DNA from: an uncultured Eubacteriales bacterium
GTDB taxonomy: Bacteria > Bacillota > Clostridia > Oscillospirales > CAG-272
Reading direction: 5' to 3'
Assembly (NCBI GenBank): GCA_934503195.1
Contig: CAKSVM010000001.1
Location: 27,414 to 91,413 of the forward strand
DNA length: 64,000 bases
Below, one piece after another: positions 47,636 to 56,239 of this stretch (the stretch's first letter is position 1; the number at the start of each line of letters is the position of its first letter). The translations under genes and the position numbers were made by a program. A model generated the notes under the pieces. The model did not search any database, was not told the DNA's origin, and saw only the letters and a program-made list of their open reading frames with translations.

Positions 47636-48388
47636 CGACTCGAAGCCGCTTTCGCGCGAGATCTCCTTTATCGGCGTGTAAGACGTCGTCAGCATCGCGC
47701 AGGCATAGCGGAGTCGCGTGAGATTAAGATAGCGGTTGAAGCTTATCCCGAGCGTCTTACGGAACTTCGCGCCGAGGTGATTAGGCGTGACATAGAGCGA
47801 GTCGGCGACCTTGGCGAGGGTTATCGGCTCGCGGAACGAACCGTTTACCGTCATCACAGCACGGTGAACGAGCGGCGATATGTTGTCATGAAAATTTCCG
47901 CTCGACTCACGCAGCAGAGTGACTATCAGCTCTTCGGCGAGATTACGCTTCATGATCCCCGAAAAGCGTCGGCTTCCGTCCTCGGCGATCGCGCGGCTGA
48001 AGAGATCGTTTATGTGACCGAGCCGTTCGCCGGGAAAGCGGCAGTTTATGTTTCCAACGCCATAGCCGAAAGATCCGGTGAGAATCGGGTCGACGCTGTC
48101 TGAGGTGAAGGACAGATTCAGGAGAGTCAGCTCCTCGATGACGTCGATCCCGTGAAAGTCGCAGCTAGACATGAGATAGGCCGAGCCGGGTACCAAAAGC
48201 GACTCGACACCGTTTGACATATGCCTCGCGGTTCCCGAGAGGACGATCTCGATCTCGGTGTAGTCGTGCCAGTGAACGTCAATATGGTGTCCGGCTCTGA
48301 AGACGCGCCTTGAGAATATCACGCTGTCGGATTTCGAGTATCTTTCAAGCGTGACGAGGTGATAGTTATCGTGATATGGTTTATTCAT
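47561..48388 (-). CDS. AraC family transcriptional regulator
   Basis: Cupin-like N-terminus, C-terminal HTH (SGFESSEYFLTVFRKYLGMTPSEWR). Confidence 0.8.
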   Translation of the reverse strand: MNKPYHDNYHLVTLERYSKSDSVIFSRRVFRAGHHIDVHWHDYTEIEIVLSGTARHMSNGVESLLVPGSAYLMSSCDFHGIDVIEELTLLNLSFTSDSVDPILTGSFGYGVGNINCRFPGERLGHINDLFSRAIAEDGSRRFSGIMKRNLAEELIVTLLRESSGNFHDNISPLVHRAVMTVNGSFREPITLAKVADSLYVTPNHLGAKFRKTLGISFNRYLNLTRLRYACAMLTTSYTPIKEISRESGFESSEYFLTVFRKYLGMTPSEWRQSHS

Positions 48389-48420
48389 TGATTTTCTTAC
48401 CTGATGAGCTTATTTATACA

Positions 48421-48449
48421 TTGCATTTACGCGCGGAATGTGGTATAAT
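48421..48449 (+). promoter_or_regulatory. sigma-A promoter (TTGCAT -17- TGgTATAAT)
   Basis: Hexamers at 48421-48426 and 48444-48449. Confidence 0.65.
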
Positions 48450-48478
48450 CTGAGAAAACGCAAAAAAGGAGATGTCAT

Positions 48479-49480
48479 ATGAAAAAGATCATATTCGTAT
48501 CAAAAAACAACGCCGAGCTTTGTGACGCGCCCGACCGCGCGCCGCTTTCGGGCGAGGTCAGGGTGAAGCTCGCGTACACAGCGGTAAGCGCGGGAACCGA
48601 GCGCGCGCTTCTCACCGGAAACGAGGATGGCGGCAAGGGATTCAGATTCGGATTCCCGTCGTCCTCGGGCTACAGCGGAAGCGGAATCGTCTGTGCGGTC
48701 GGCGATGGGATAACCGATTTTCATCCCGGCGACCGCGTGATGGTTCACGGCGGAGGTCATCAGGAGTTCTGCACGGTTCCCGAAAAGGAGCTTGTCCGCG
48801 TGCCAGACGGGGTGGATCTCAAAGAAGCGGCGATGGTGATCATCGCGGGCTTCTCGCTCGCGGCGGTCAGAAAGGCGCGGATTCACCTTGGCGAAAGCTG
48901 TCTTGTCGCCGGACTCGGGCTTCTCGGACTCTTTTCCGTGAAGTACGCAAGACTCTCGGGCGCGTATCCGGTCTTAGCGGCCGATTTTTCGGAGGAGCGG
49001 CGAAAGCTCGCGAAAAGCCTCGGAGCCGATTTCGCCCTCGACCCGTCCGACCCCGACTACGCGAAGACCGTGAAGGAGCTCACAAAGGGCGGCGCGAACA
49101 CTGCGATCGAGGTCACCGGAAACCCTCTCGCCTTAAAGCAGACGCTCGGCGTGACGGCGAAATTCGGCCGTGTGCTTCTCCTCGGATGCACTCGGACGCT
49201 GACTGAGGTCGATTTCTATCACGACGTCCACCGTCCGGGAATCGAGCTTATCGGCGCGCACAGCGGCGCGAGACCCGAACATGAGTCGCACTCGGGATTC
49301 TTCACCGAGATGGACGACTGCCGCGTGACGCTCGACTACCTCTCGGCGGGAAGACTGAGCTTTTCGGACATGATAAGCGAAATCCGTTCGCCAAACGAGG
49401 CGCACGAGGTCTACTCAAGGCTCGCGGACGGAAAATTCCCGATCGGCGTGTTATTTGACTGGAATAAGCTCGGCGGCTGA
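48479..49480 (+). CDS. zinc-binding medium-chain dehydrogenase/reductase (polyol/alcohol dehydrogenase-like)
   Basis: GDRV...H motif region and Rossmann VAGLGLLGL; 333 aa. Confidence 0.75.
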   Translation: MKKIIFVSKNNAELCDAPDRAPLSGEVRVKLAYTAVSAGTERALLTGNEDGGKGFRFGFPSSSGYSGSGIVCAVGDGITDFHPGDRVMVHGGGHQEFCTVPEKELVRVPDGVDLKEAAMVIIAGFSLAAVRKARIHLGESCLVAGLGLLGLFSVKYARLSGAYPVLAADFSEERRKLAKSLGADFALDPSDPDYAKTVKELTKGGANTAIEVTGNPLALKQTLGVTAKFGRVLLLGCTRTLTEVDFYHDVHRPGIELIGAHSGARPEHESHSGFFTEMDDCRVTLDYLSAGRLSFSDMISEIRSPNEAHEVYSRLADGKFPIGVLFDWNKLGG

Positions 49481-49507
49481 TTTATGCCGCTATTTCTGCC
49501 GGATCCT

Positions 49508-50524
49508 TCACAGGATCCGGCAGGCCTTCATCAGCGTCGAATGGACACGGAGCTCGCGGTCATAGTCGAACTCATTCTCCTTTTCGCCCGCGACGGTCAG
49601 CGCGAAATCCTTCAGCATCGCGTCATAACGTCCGTACGGCGGGAAGGAGATTGTCTCGGGGCGGTCGGCGAACATCATCGTATGCCCTTCGCGCGTCACC
49701 GTCATTGAGATTTTGTTCGGGCAGACCGTGCCGGGCAGATCGTACGGATTCTCGAGCGGCTTTATCTCGATCGTCCCCTTCGTCCCGCAGATCACGAGCT
49801 GACGTCTCGCGTCGCCGCTGACCTCGCAGGCGACCGACTTGATCATCGAATATCCGCGCGGATAGCGGATCATCACGAGTCCGAAATCCTCGCCGCCGGT
49901 CTCGAGTCCGGTCGACATATTCATCGGGATCACCTCGCCGCCGTCGCCCATGAAAAGACTCACAAGGTCGACAAGATGGCATCCGAGGTAGAACATCATC
50001 CCGCCCGGAAGCGTCGAAAGCCATTTCCGCATCCCGCCGTGATAGCACTGGCTCATCTGCGCCTCGACGCAGATTATCTCACCGAGCCCGCCCGAGTCGG
50101 CGATCTTCTTCGCGCGGATAACCGCCGGGTTGTAGCGGTACATATATCCATTCTGAAAGACAAGCTTCTTTTCCCGGACGGTTCTTATCAGCTCCCCGAA
50201 GACCGCGTGATCGGCTCCGCAGGGCTTGTCCGAGTGGACGCTGAATCCCGCCCTCGCGAATCTCAGCGCGTCGTCCGCCTGCGCGGTCTCGGCCGTCTCG
50301 ACCATCACGGCGTCGATTGTCCGGTCGGCGAGGATCTCCTCCTCGGTGTAGATTTTGAGCCCCTTATACGCGTCGCGGCGCGTGGCGGACTCCATGCGGC
50401 TCCGGTCAGGTTCACAGAACCCGGCGACCTCGTAATACGCGGGAAGACTCCGCATCGTGAGCATCGTATGCTCCGAGTGCGTATATCCCCAGCTTCCGTA
50501 CTGAACTACTCTTATCGGCTTCAT
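49508..50524 (-). CDS. Gfo/Idh/MocA family oxidoreductase
   Basis: Start moved to ATG 50524, preceded by GGAGGAG; N-terminus IRVVQYGSWGY and a C-terminal alpha/beta domain. Confidence 0.75.
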   Translation of the reverse strand: MKPIRVVQYGSWGYTHSEHTMLTMRSLPAYYEVAGFCEPDRSRMESATRRDAYKGLKIYTEEEILADRTIDAVMVETAETAQADDALRFARAGFSVHSDKPCGADHAVFGELIRTVREKKLVFQNGYMYRYNPAVIRAKKIADSGGLGEIICVEAQMSQCYHGGMRKWLSTLPGGMMFYLGCHLVDLVSLFMGDGGEVIPMNMSTGLETGGEDFGLVMIRYPRGYSMIKSVACEVSGDARRQLVICGTKGTIEIKPLENPYDLPGTVCPNKISMTVTREGHTMMFADRPETISFPPYGRYDAMLKDFALTVAGEKENEFDYDRELRVHSTLMKACRIL

Positions 50525-50618
50525 AATTCTCCTCCTGAACGGTTTTCTTTTATTATACCATACCGAAGGAGCGAAAGCAAGTGTGAAAATCAATTGTCAT
50601 GCTCTGATTTTCAATTTT

Positions 50619-50660
50619 CGAAAAGCCTGACGGTTATCTCCCCGTCAGGCTGATTTTTTA
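50619..50660. terminator. bidirectional intrinsic terminator
   Basis: Stem AGCCTGACGG/CCGTCAGGCT with T-runs on both strands. Confidence 0.75.
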
Positions 50661-51428
50661 TTTCCTCGACGTCACAAGCTTCGTCACCACCGACACGGCA
50701 CCGAACAGCACCCCGGCGACCGCCCAGACGATCCAGCTCTCATTCTGCGTCATGTCGACCGACGGGGAGAAGGTCACGAAGAGATATACCGCCGTCACGA
50801 TGAGCCAGTAGCAGACCGCGACCGCCCCGGTGATTCTGCTCCTCGACTTGTTCTTCCGCGTGTAATCGCCCTCTTCGAGAAGCTTTTACATCGACGAGTT
50901 GATCGTCCCCGCGTAGGTGAAAATCGCCGCGCCCGCGCCCGCGATCACGAGCAGAAGGCACACCGCGCCGACTATGAAAATGTCGCCCGGCTATACGCAG
51001 ACCGCCGCGAATATCGGAAGCGCTGAGAGGATGCAGAGGATCGTCGCGATTATGTTCAGCGTCGAATACTTCTCGGCGAACTCGCGCTTACGCTCCTTCA
51101 CCATCCCCGAGAATCCGTATTCGGTCTCAAACGGCTCGTGTTCGAGAAACCCGAATTTCTTAATCTTCGCGCCGTTGCGCATGAAGATCGCCACTCCGAT
51201 CGCGACGAGAATCAGAAGCACGCTCACGCCGACTCCGACCGCGATTCCGGTCATGTCGGTGGCGACCGCCGCCGCTCCGTTTGACGTCACGGTTTTCCCA
51301 TCGTCGGCGAGTGCCGCGAGGATCATGAAGAGCACCGGACAGATCACGCAGAGGAAGACCGCGACCGCGTTGCCCGGCGCGTTCTCACGGCAGAGTCGCA
51401 GATATTCCGAGGCCTCCTCCATCGTCAC
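50658..51428 (-). pseudogene. multi-TM membrane protein gene interrupted by two in-frame stop codons
   Basis: One continuous frame encodes TM-rich sequence with the repeated motif FLEHEPFETEYGF / KLLEEGDYTRK. It is broken by TAG (50991-50993) and TAA (50886-50888); final TAA at 50658-50660. Confidence 0.6.
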
Positions 51429-51523
51429 GCGCCGCAGTCCCGACTCGAACTCAACCTGAGGCCCCGCGGTCGGCTCCGAATCGATGGTGTTTTTCTTGCA
51501 ATTATATTATACCATAAAAGCAG

Positions 51524-51563
51524 CGTCCAGGCGACCTTTTTTTGGTGGCCTGGACGTTTTTTT
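51524..51563. terminator. intrinsic terminator downstream of the amidohydrolase gene
   Basis: 13-bp stem (one mismatch) CGTCCAGGCGACC/GGTGGCCTGGACG, T7 loop, T-runs on both sides. Confidence 0.7.
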
Positions 51564-51595
51564 GAGGACGTTATTGCGACAGCCCCTTTTTGTTT

Positions 51596-52678
51596 TCAGA
51601 GCAGTTCTTTTCTGTAAAATTCCTCGGTCATCCGCTTGTTATTCGAGTCGGGCATCAACGGCAGGTAACGCTCAATATAGCGTTTCAGTGCCTTCTTGTT
51701 GATCTCGCGCGGTCTGATTCCGACCTCACGCTCGTGATTTTTGTGCAGGATGTTCTCAAGCGGTTCGGACTCAAGCTTTATGCCGTGGGCTCTCACCGTG
51801 TCGGAGTAATCGAACTCATCGTCGGTCTCCAGGAATCTGAGCACGTTTCCGGCTATGCGCGACCGGTATTCGTCGGAGGAAGTGGCTGCGACGTCGGTCG
51901 CGTAGACGAATCTGTCGGAGAATCTTCTGAATATCCCGTACCATTTCGCATAATTCTCGCGGTAGCCGTTGAACATCTCGCCGCCAGGAGCTAAGTCGAT
52001 TGTGACGTTCGGGTGATTCTCGAGCAGGGCGACGACCTCGTCGGGAGCGTTTGACTTGAAGAACGCGTGCGCGAGCATGACGTGAAGATCCGGGTGTGCC
52101 TCGATGAGACGGTAAGCCATCGATATGAGATACTCGTAGGACACGTAATTTCCGTCTCCGTAGAACCAGCCGCGTTTTTTGATCGCGTCGGAGACCTTGG
52201 ACGCGTCCCAGAAATAGCTCGGGTCGGCGACGTGCCAGCACATGTGGACGTGATTCTTCTCGCAGCAGCCGATGAAGTCGTCGTACTCGTCGAGATTATC
52301 CGCCACGCCGAGGATATTGTACGCGTCGGGCTTGAAGTCACAGATCTTGATTCCGTCAAGTCCCAGCTCCATGAGCTCATCCAGCTGATCCCTGAAGCGG
52401 AACTTTCCGCGCATCGCCGGGTCTTTCGGGATGTAGAGGCAGCCGTGCGTGAAGACGTTCGGATTTCTCAGCTTCACAATGGCACCAAGTATGCTTTGAT
52501 CCATCTCATACCCGTCCCAGAGGTCGGCGTTGTTCGAGCAGCACATGTTGTCGACAAAGGAGATACCGTTGTCCTTGCAGTAGTCCTCGAGGGCTTCGAA
52601 CACGGACTTGCCGTCGCTCCGCTGCCACTGCAATATGTGCATATGACCGTCGATGATAGTTTTCTTCTTCATAATCAT
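51596..52678 (-). CDS. amidohydrolase-family (TIM-barrel metal-dependent hydrolase) protein
   Basis: N-terminus IIDGHMHILQW (HxH metal motif); ATG 52672 may be the real start (better spacing to GGAGG). Confidence 0.7.
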   Translation of the reverse strand: MIMKKKTIIDGHMHILQWQRSDGKSVFEALEDYCKDNGISFVDNMCCSNNADLWDGYEMDQSILGAIVKLRNPNVFTHGCLYIPKDPAMRGKFRFRDQLDELMELGLDGIKICDFKPDAYNILGVADNLDEYDDFIGCCEKNHVHMCWHVADPSYFWDASKVSDAIKKRGWFYGDGNYVSYEYLISMAYRLIEAHPDLHVMLAHAFFKSNAPDEVVALLENHPNVTIDLAPGGEMFNGYRENYAKWYGIFRRFSDRFVYATDVAATSSDEYRSRIAGNVLRFLETDDEFDYSDTVRAHGIKLESEPLENILHKNHEREVGIRPREINKKALKRYIERYLPLMPDSNNKRMTEEFYRKELL

Positions 52679-52687
52679 TTCCTCCTG

Positions 52688-53907
52688 TTATGGTCGGCTT
52701 ATGAGGACTCGCATTCTGCCCTCAAGCCTTATATTCTTCGCGGTCTTCGGGACGAATCCGTCGCGGCTCTGAGCGCATTCGACAAGTGTCTCCTCAATTC
52801 GCTTGCATATGTCGCCGTCGGAGTCGATCAGCGAAAGCGCGAGCGCGGCGAGTCTCGCGGCGGCTTCTCCGGTTTTCTGGCAGTCGTCCTTCATGCGCAT
52901 TCCCATCGCGATATCGTGATCGACCGCGACCGCGCGTCCGGCGACAAGGATCCCCTCAGAGTCCTTCGGAATCAGCGCGCCCATCGGAAGCGGAATCGAC
53001 ATTCCGTAGCCCCAGAGTCCGCAGATCGTGATGAAGTCCTGATAAGCCTGATTTTCAAGCACGGAATCCTTGCCGTGGTTGTCAAAGTTCGAGAAGCCGA
53101 ACGCGACCGGAAGTGCCGTGTGCTTTCCTTCAACTATATCGGGGAAGTCGGCGGTCGACGTTCTTTGTCGCTCTGTCGAGCGCGATCACCTTTTTCGACG
53201 CGCTTATCCCCGACGAGGTGACAAATCCGTCGATCTTCGCGGCCGCGTCGTCGATCTCACGGTAGACTCCGCCCTTGAATCCGAAGTAGTATCCGAGGAC
53301 TCCGCCCGCCGTTCCCGAACCGCCCTGCGTCGAGAGAGTGTCGACTCCGAGAACCTTCAATCCCTTTTCGGAGGCGACAGACGCGGCGATCGCTCCGGCT
53401 GTTCCGAGTCCGGCGATTATAATGTCATATTCTCCGTCGCAAATCGGCGAAGGCGTCTTCGCGGGGACAACCGGAACCGTGTCAGGGTCAAGCGACGCCC
53501 CGGCCGAGTACGCGCTGACCGGATCGGCGAAATACGCCGAGTGGTAGAGGATTCCCTCTCCCAAAGACGCGAATATGTATTCCGGCTCGGAAGCGAAGAG
53601 GATTATCTTTTCGGTCTCAGACGCGGCGATCTTCTCGCGGGTCTTCGCGATATCGCTTTCAACGCGGCCGAGCGGACAACCGGTTTTCCGTCGGACGAGA
53701 CGAAGTATCCGAGTCTTTCGGACGAGTCGCCGCGGATTCCGGTGAACGGCGCGGAGAGACTTTGAGCGAAGCCGAGAATTCGGGCGCACCCGCCATACCT
53801 TCCTCAAGGATGACAATGTCAAGCTCGCCATGCGCCGCCGCGAATCCGACCGCGAAGGCCGTTGCGCCGAGGATACAGATATCATAGTTCGCTTGCATTT
53901 TTTCCAC
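52688..53907 (-). pseudogene. FAD-dependent oxidoreductase, degraded by at least 3 frameshifts
   Basis: Rossmann motifs YDICILGATAFAVGFAAA (frame A) and YDIIIAGLGTAGAIAA (frame B), with the C-terminal part in frame C (…PDIVEGKHTALPVAFGF…ENQAYQDFITICGLWGYG…). Confidence 0.7.
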
Positions 53908-54019
53908 CTCACAATGTGAAATTCAGAGGATGCCGCATAAAAAGACAAAACCTGTGTCATATATTATAACACAGGTTTTGTGAAATGTCTATAGTTTCCG
54001 AGAAATTTTCCAACCACCC

Positions 54020-54553
54020 CTAATAGTTTTTTTCGTAGTTGGTGCAGACCATATTGAAATCCTCTTCCGTCTTGGCGTCGTGATACGGGCAGCTGAATCT
54101 GGCATAATGAGTGCAGGTATAGCAACTGCGTTTTTTCTTGTAGTCGTCGTATCCGGTCTTGCGGCGCGCGTAGACCGCGAGATGACTTAAACTCTCCCCG
54201 GCTCCGCCGACGATGCCGCCGCAGAGACTACAGAATACCAAAAGCGCGATCGGCCAGTAAACGACAAATCCGATTATCTCGGCAAAAAGCCACGTCTCAG
54301 TGAAGCTTTCATATATAGTCGACGCGATTATATGCAGGTAGAACCAGATAAGGAACGCGGCCACTGCCAGTGTCCACGCGGCTCCCATCACGAAAAGGAT
54401 CACGCAAAATATCGGATTGAGTATGGGAAGCAGGACATATGTAAAGAAAAGATACAGCAGAAGTGCCCCGACCGCGACAATCGGTATCGCGATCCAGCCG
54501 ATATTCTTGTAAAGTCCGTAGGTCAGCAGAATCAGAAAGATATATTTGAACAT
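54020..54553 (-). CDS. hypothetical polytopic membrane protein with Cys-rich C-terminal tail
   Basis: 177 aa, about 5 TM helices; tail CYTCTHYARFSCPYH...CTNY; locally AT-richer DNA. Confidence 0.5.
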   Translation of the reverse strand: MFKYIFLILLTYGLYKNIGWIAIPIVAVGALLLYLFFTYVLLPILNPIFCVILFVMGAAWTLAVAAFLIWFYLHIIASTIYESFTETWLFAEIIGFVVYWPIALLVFCSLCGGIVGGAGESLSHLAVYARRKTGYDDYKKKRSCYTCTHYARFSCPYHDAKTEEDFNMVCTNYEKNY

Positions 54554-54654
54554 TACCGATCATCCACCCCGCTTTGTCTGTTTATGACATAATTATATGA
54601 TAATTATCGGTATTTGTCAAGGCTTCGGATCCGCGGACACATACTTTTGTGTGC

Positions 54655-54684
54655 AAACAAAAGGATCACCCCGCGGTGATCCTT
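54655..54684 (-). terminator. intrinsic terminator after SBP 54694..56157
   Basis: Stem AAGGATCACC/GGTGATCCTT followed on the minus strand by TTTTGTTTG. Confidence 0.75.
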
Positions 54685-54693
54685 TGCGAATGA

Positions 54694-56157
54694 TTACTTT
54701 TCCTGTTCCTGAATCTTCTCGACAAGATCCTCAAGGAAGCTCTCGGCACTGCTCTTCTTCGATTCGTAGAAGGAAGCGATGTTCGTCTGCTTCTTCGCGA
54801 GGTTGTTGCGGTAGGCATTCATCGGCGAGAATGGGAAGTTAGAGTTATATTCGAGGAACATTGAGAAGTCATAGGTTCTCGAATCCATGATGAGGTTCAG
54901 CATCTCGGTCGAATCCTCGTCGCGGACTCCCTTGGCGGTCAGCGAGACGTCATAGATCGCCGGGCGGAGCATCTTGTAGCTGTACGCGCTCAGGCACTCG
55001 ATCACGTTTCCGATCGTCTCCATCTTCTCCTCCGAAACGGTTATCGGAAGGTAGAAGGTTCCGGTGCGGCCGAGCATATGCGTCTTGTAGTTTTCCTGAT
55101 TCTCGTCGAGCTTCGGATACGGAAGGATTCCGTAATCGTCGCGCATCGAACGCAGATCGGTGTCGATGAGATAATTCAGAAGCATCGGCGCGAACGCGCC
55201 CTGTCCGTTCGCGAACTTCACGCGGTAGTCGTAGGGCTTCGCGGTGTCGACGAACGCGCCATCGTTGCTCCAGTAGAGATCGTTTATCTTCTCAAACGAG
55301 GTCACAAGTCGTTCGGAATAGAAGTCAAGCGTCGGATAGTTGTTTTCGTCGCGTCCCATTGATCTGATTCCATGCGAAACCATGAACGCGTCGGTGTAGA
55401 GTCCGTAAATATCATCGGCGTCGTGCTGGTTGTTGCCGTTCAGATCCTTGTAGATTCCCTTGGTGATCGAATAAGCTTTGTCCATCGTCCACCCGCCGGA
55501 TCTTACGAGTTCGTACGGATCCTCAACCTTCCATTCGTCGGCAAGCCGCTTGTTGAATACCCAGACCCAGCACATGGTTATGTTAGTCGAGCAGGCGTCA
55601 GAGAGGATTCCGTACTGATTCTTTCCGAGCTTTATCTGCTCGTTGGCGTTCTTAACGTACCACGGGTTTTCGAGATCAATGCTCTTGACGTCGTTCCACG
55701 GCTGAACCGTTCCGCTCGTGATCAGCGTTCCTGCGTAGATGGCCTTCATCACGTAGATGTCGCAGAGATCGTCACCTGAGAGTACGCTCTGATTGTAGGT
55801 CGAGAGCGAGTCGCGTTCGGAAAAGGAGTGATCCCAGACGAGTTTGACTCCGAGGCGGTTCTCGGTGTCGATGTTTCGCTGATAGATCGCGTCGTCGATC
55901 GGCTCACCGGTCTGCTCGGCCTCAAAGGCCTCGGAATCGACGTAGTTGTATCCGCCCGCGCCGTAGCCGAAGATCTTTATCTCGGTTCCGCCGAGATCGC
56001 TTTTCGGGAGAAGGTCATAGACGCTCGTCTCGGGAGCCTCACTGTCGGTCCCGGTGTCAGCTCCGGTCGTGACGTCAGCGTCGGAGGGTGTGCCTCCGCA
56101 GGAGACGGATGAGAGGATAATCGCCGTGAGAAGTGCTGTGGAAATCGCTTTTTTCAT
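54694..56157 (-). CDS. extracellular solute-binding lipoprotein (ABC-type sugar SBP)
   Basis: Signal/lipobox MKKAISTALLTAIILSSVSC; 487 aa. Confidence 0.8.
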   Translation of the reverse strand: MKKAISTALLTAIILSSVSCGGTPSDADVTTGADTGTDSEAPETSVYDLLPKSDLGGTEIKIFGYGAGGYNYVDSEAFEAEQTGEPIDDAIYQRNIDTENRLGVKLVWDHSFSERDSLSTYNQSVLSGDDLCDIYVMKAIYAGTLITSGTVQPWNDVKSIDLENPWYVKNANEQIKLGKNQYGILSDACSTNITMCWVWVFNKRLADEWKVEDPYELVRSGGWTMDKAYSITKGIYKDLNGNNQHDADDIYGLYTDAFMVSHGIRSMGRDENNYPTLDFYSERLVTSFEKINDLYWSNDGAFVDTAKPYDYRVKFANGQGAFAPMLLNYLIDTDLRSMRDDYGILPYPKLDENQENYKTHMLGRTGTFYLPITVSEEKMETIGNVIECLSAYSYKMLRPAIYDVSLTAKGVRDEDSTEMLNLIMDSRTYDFSMFLEYNSNFPFSPMNAYRNNLAKKQTNIASFYESKKSSAESFLEDLVEKIQEQEK

Positions 56158-56239
56158 GGATGTTTTCCTTTCTTAATAAATATAGTCATTTATGGATTAC
56201 TCGCGGATCCGGCACGTCTCACAGGCAGAATGAAAAAAC

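Noticed and set aside
50886-50993. In-frame TAG and TAA as evidence of stop-codon reassignment
   Set aside because: TAA, TAG and TGA all serve as ordinary terminators of well-defined genes across the window (for example rplS TGA, murC TAA). A genome-wide recoding is therefore untenable.
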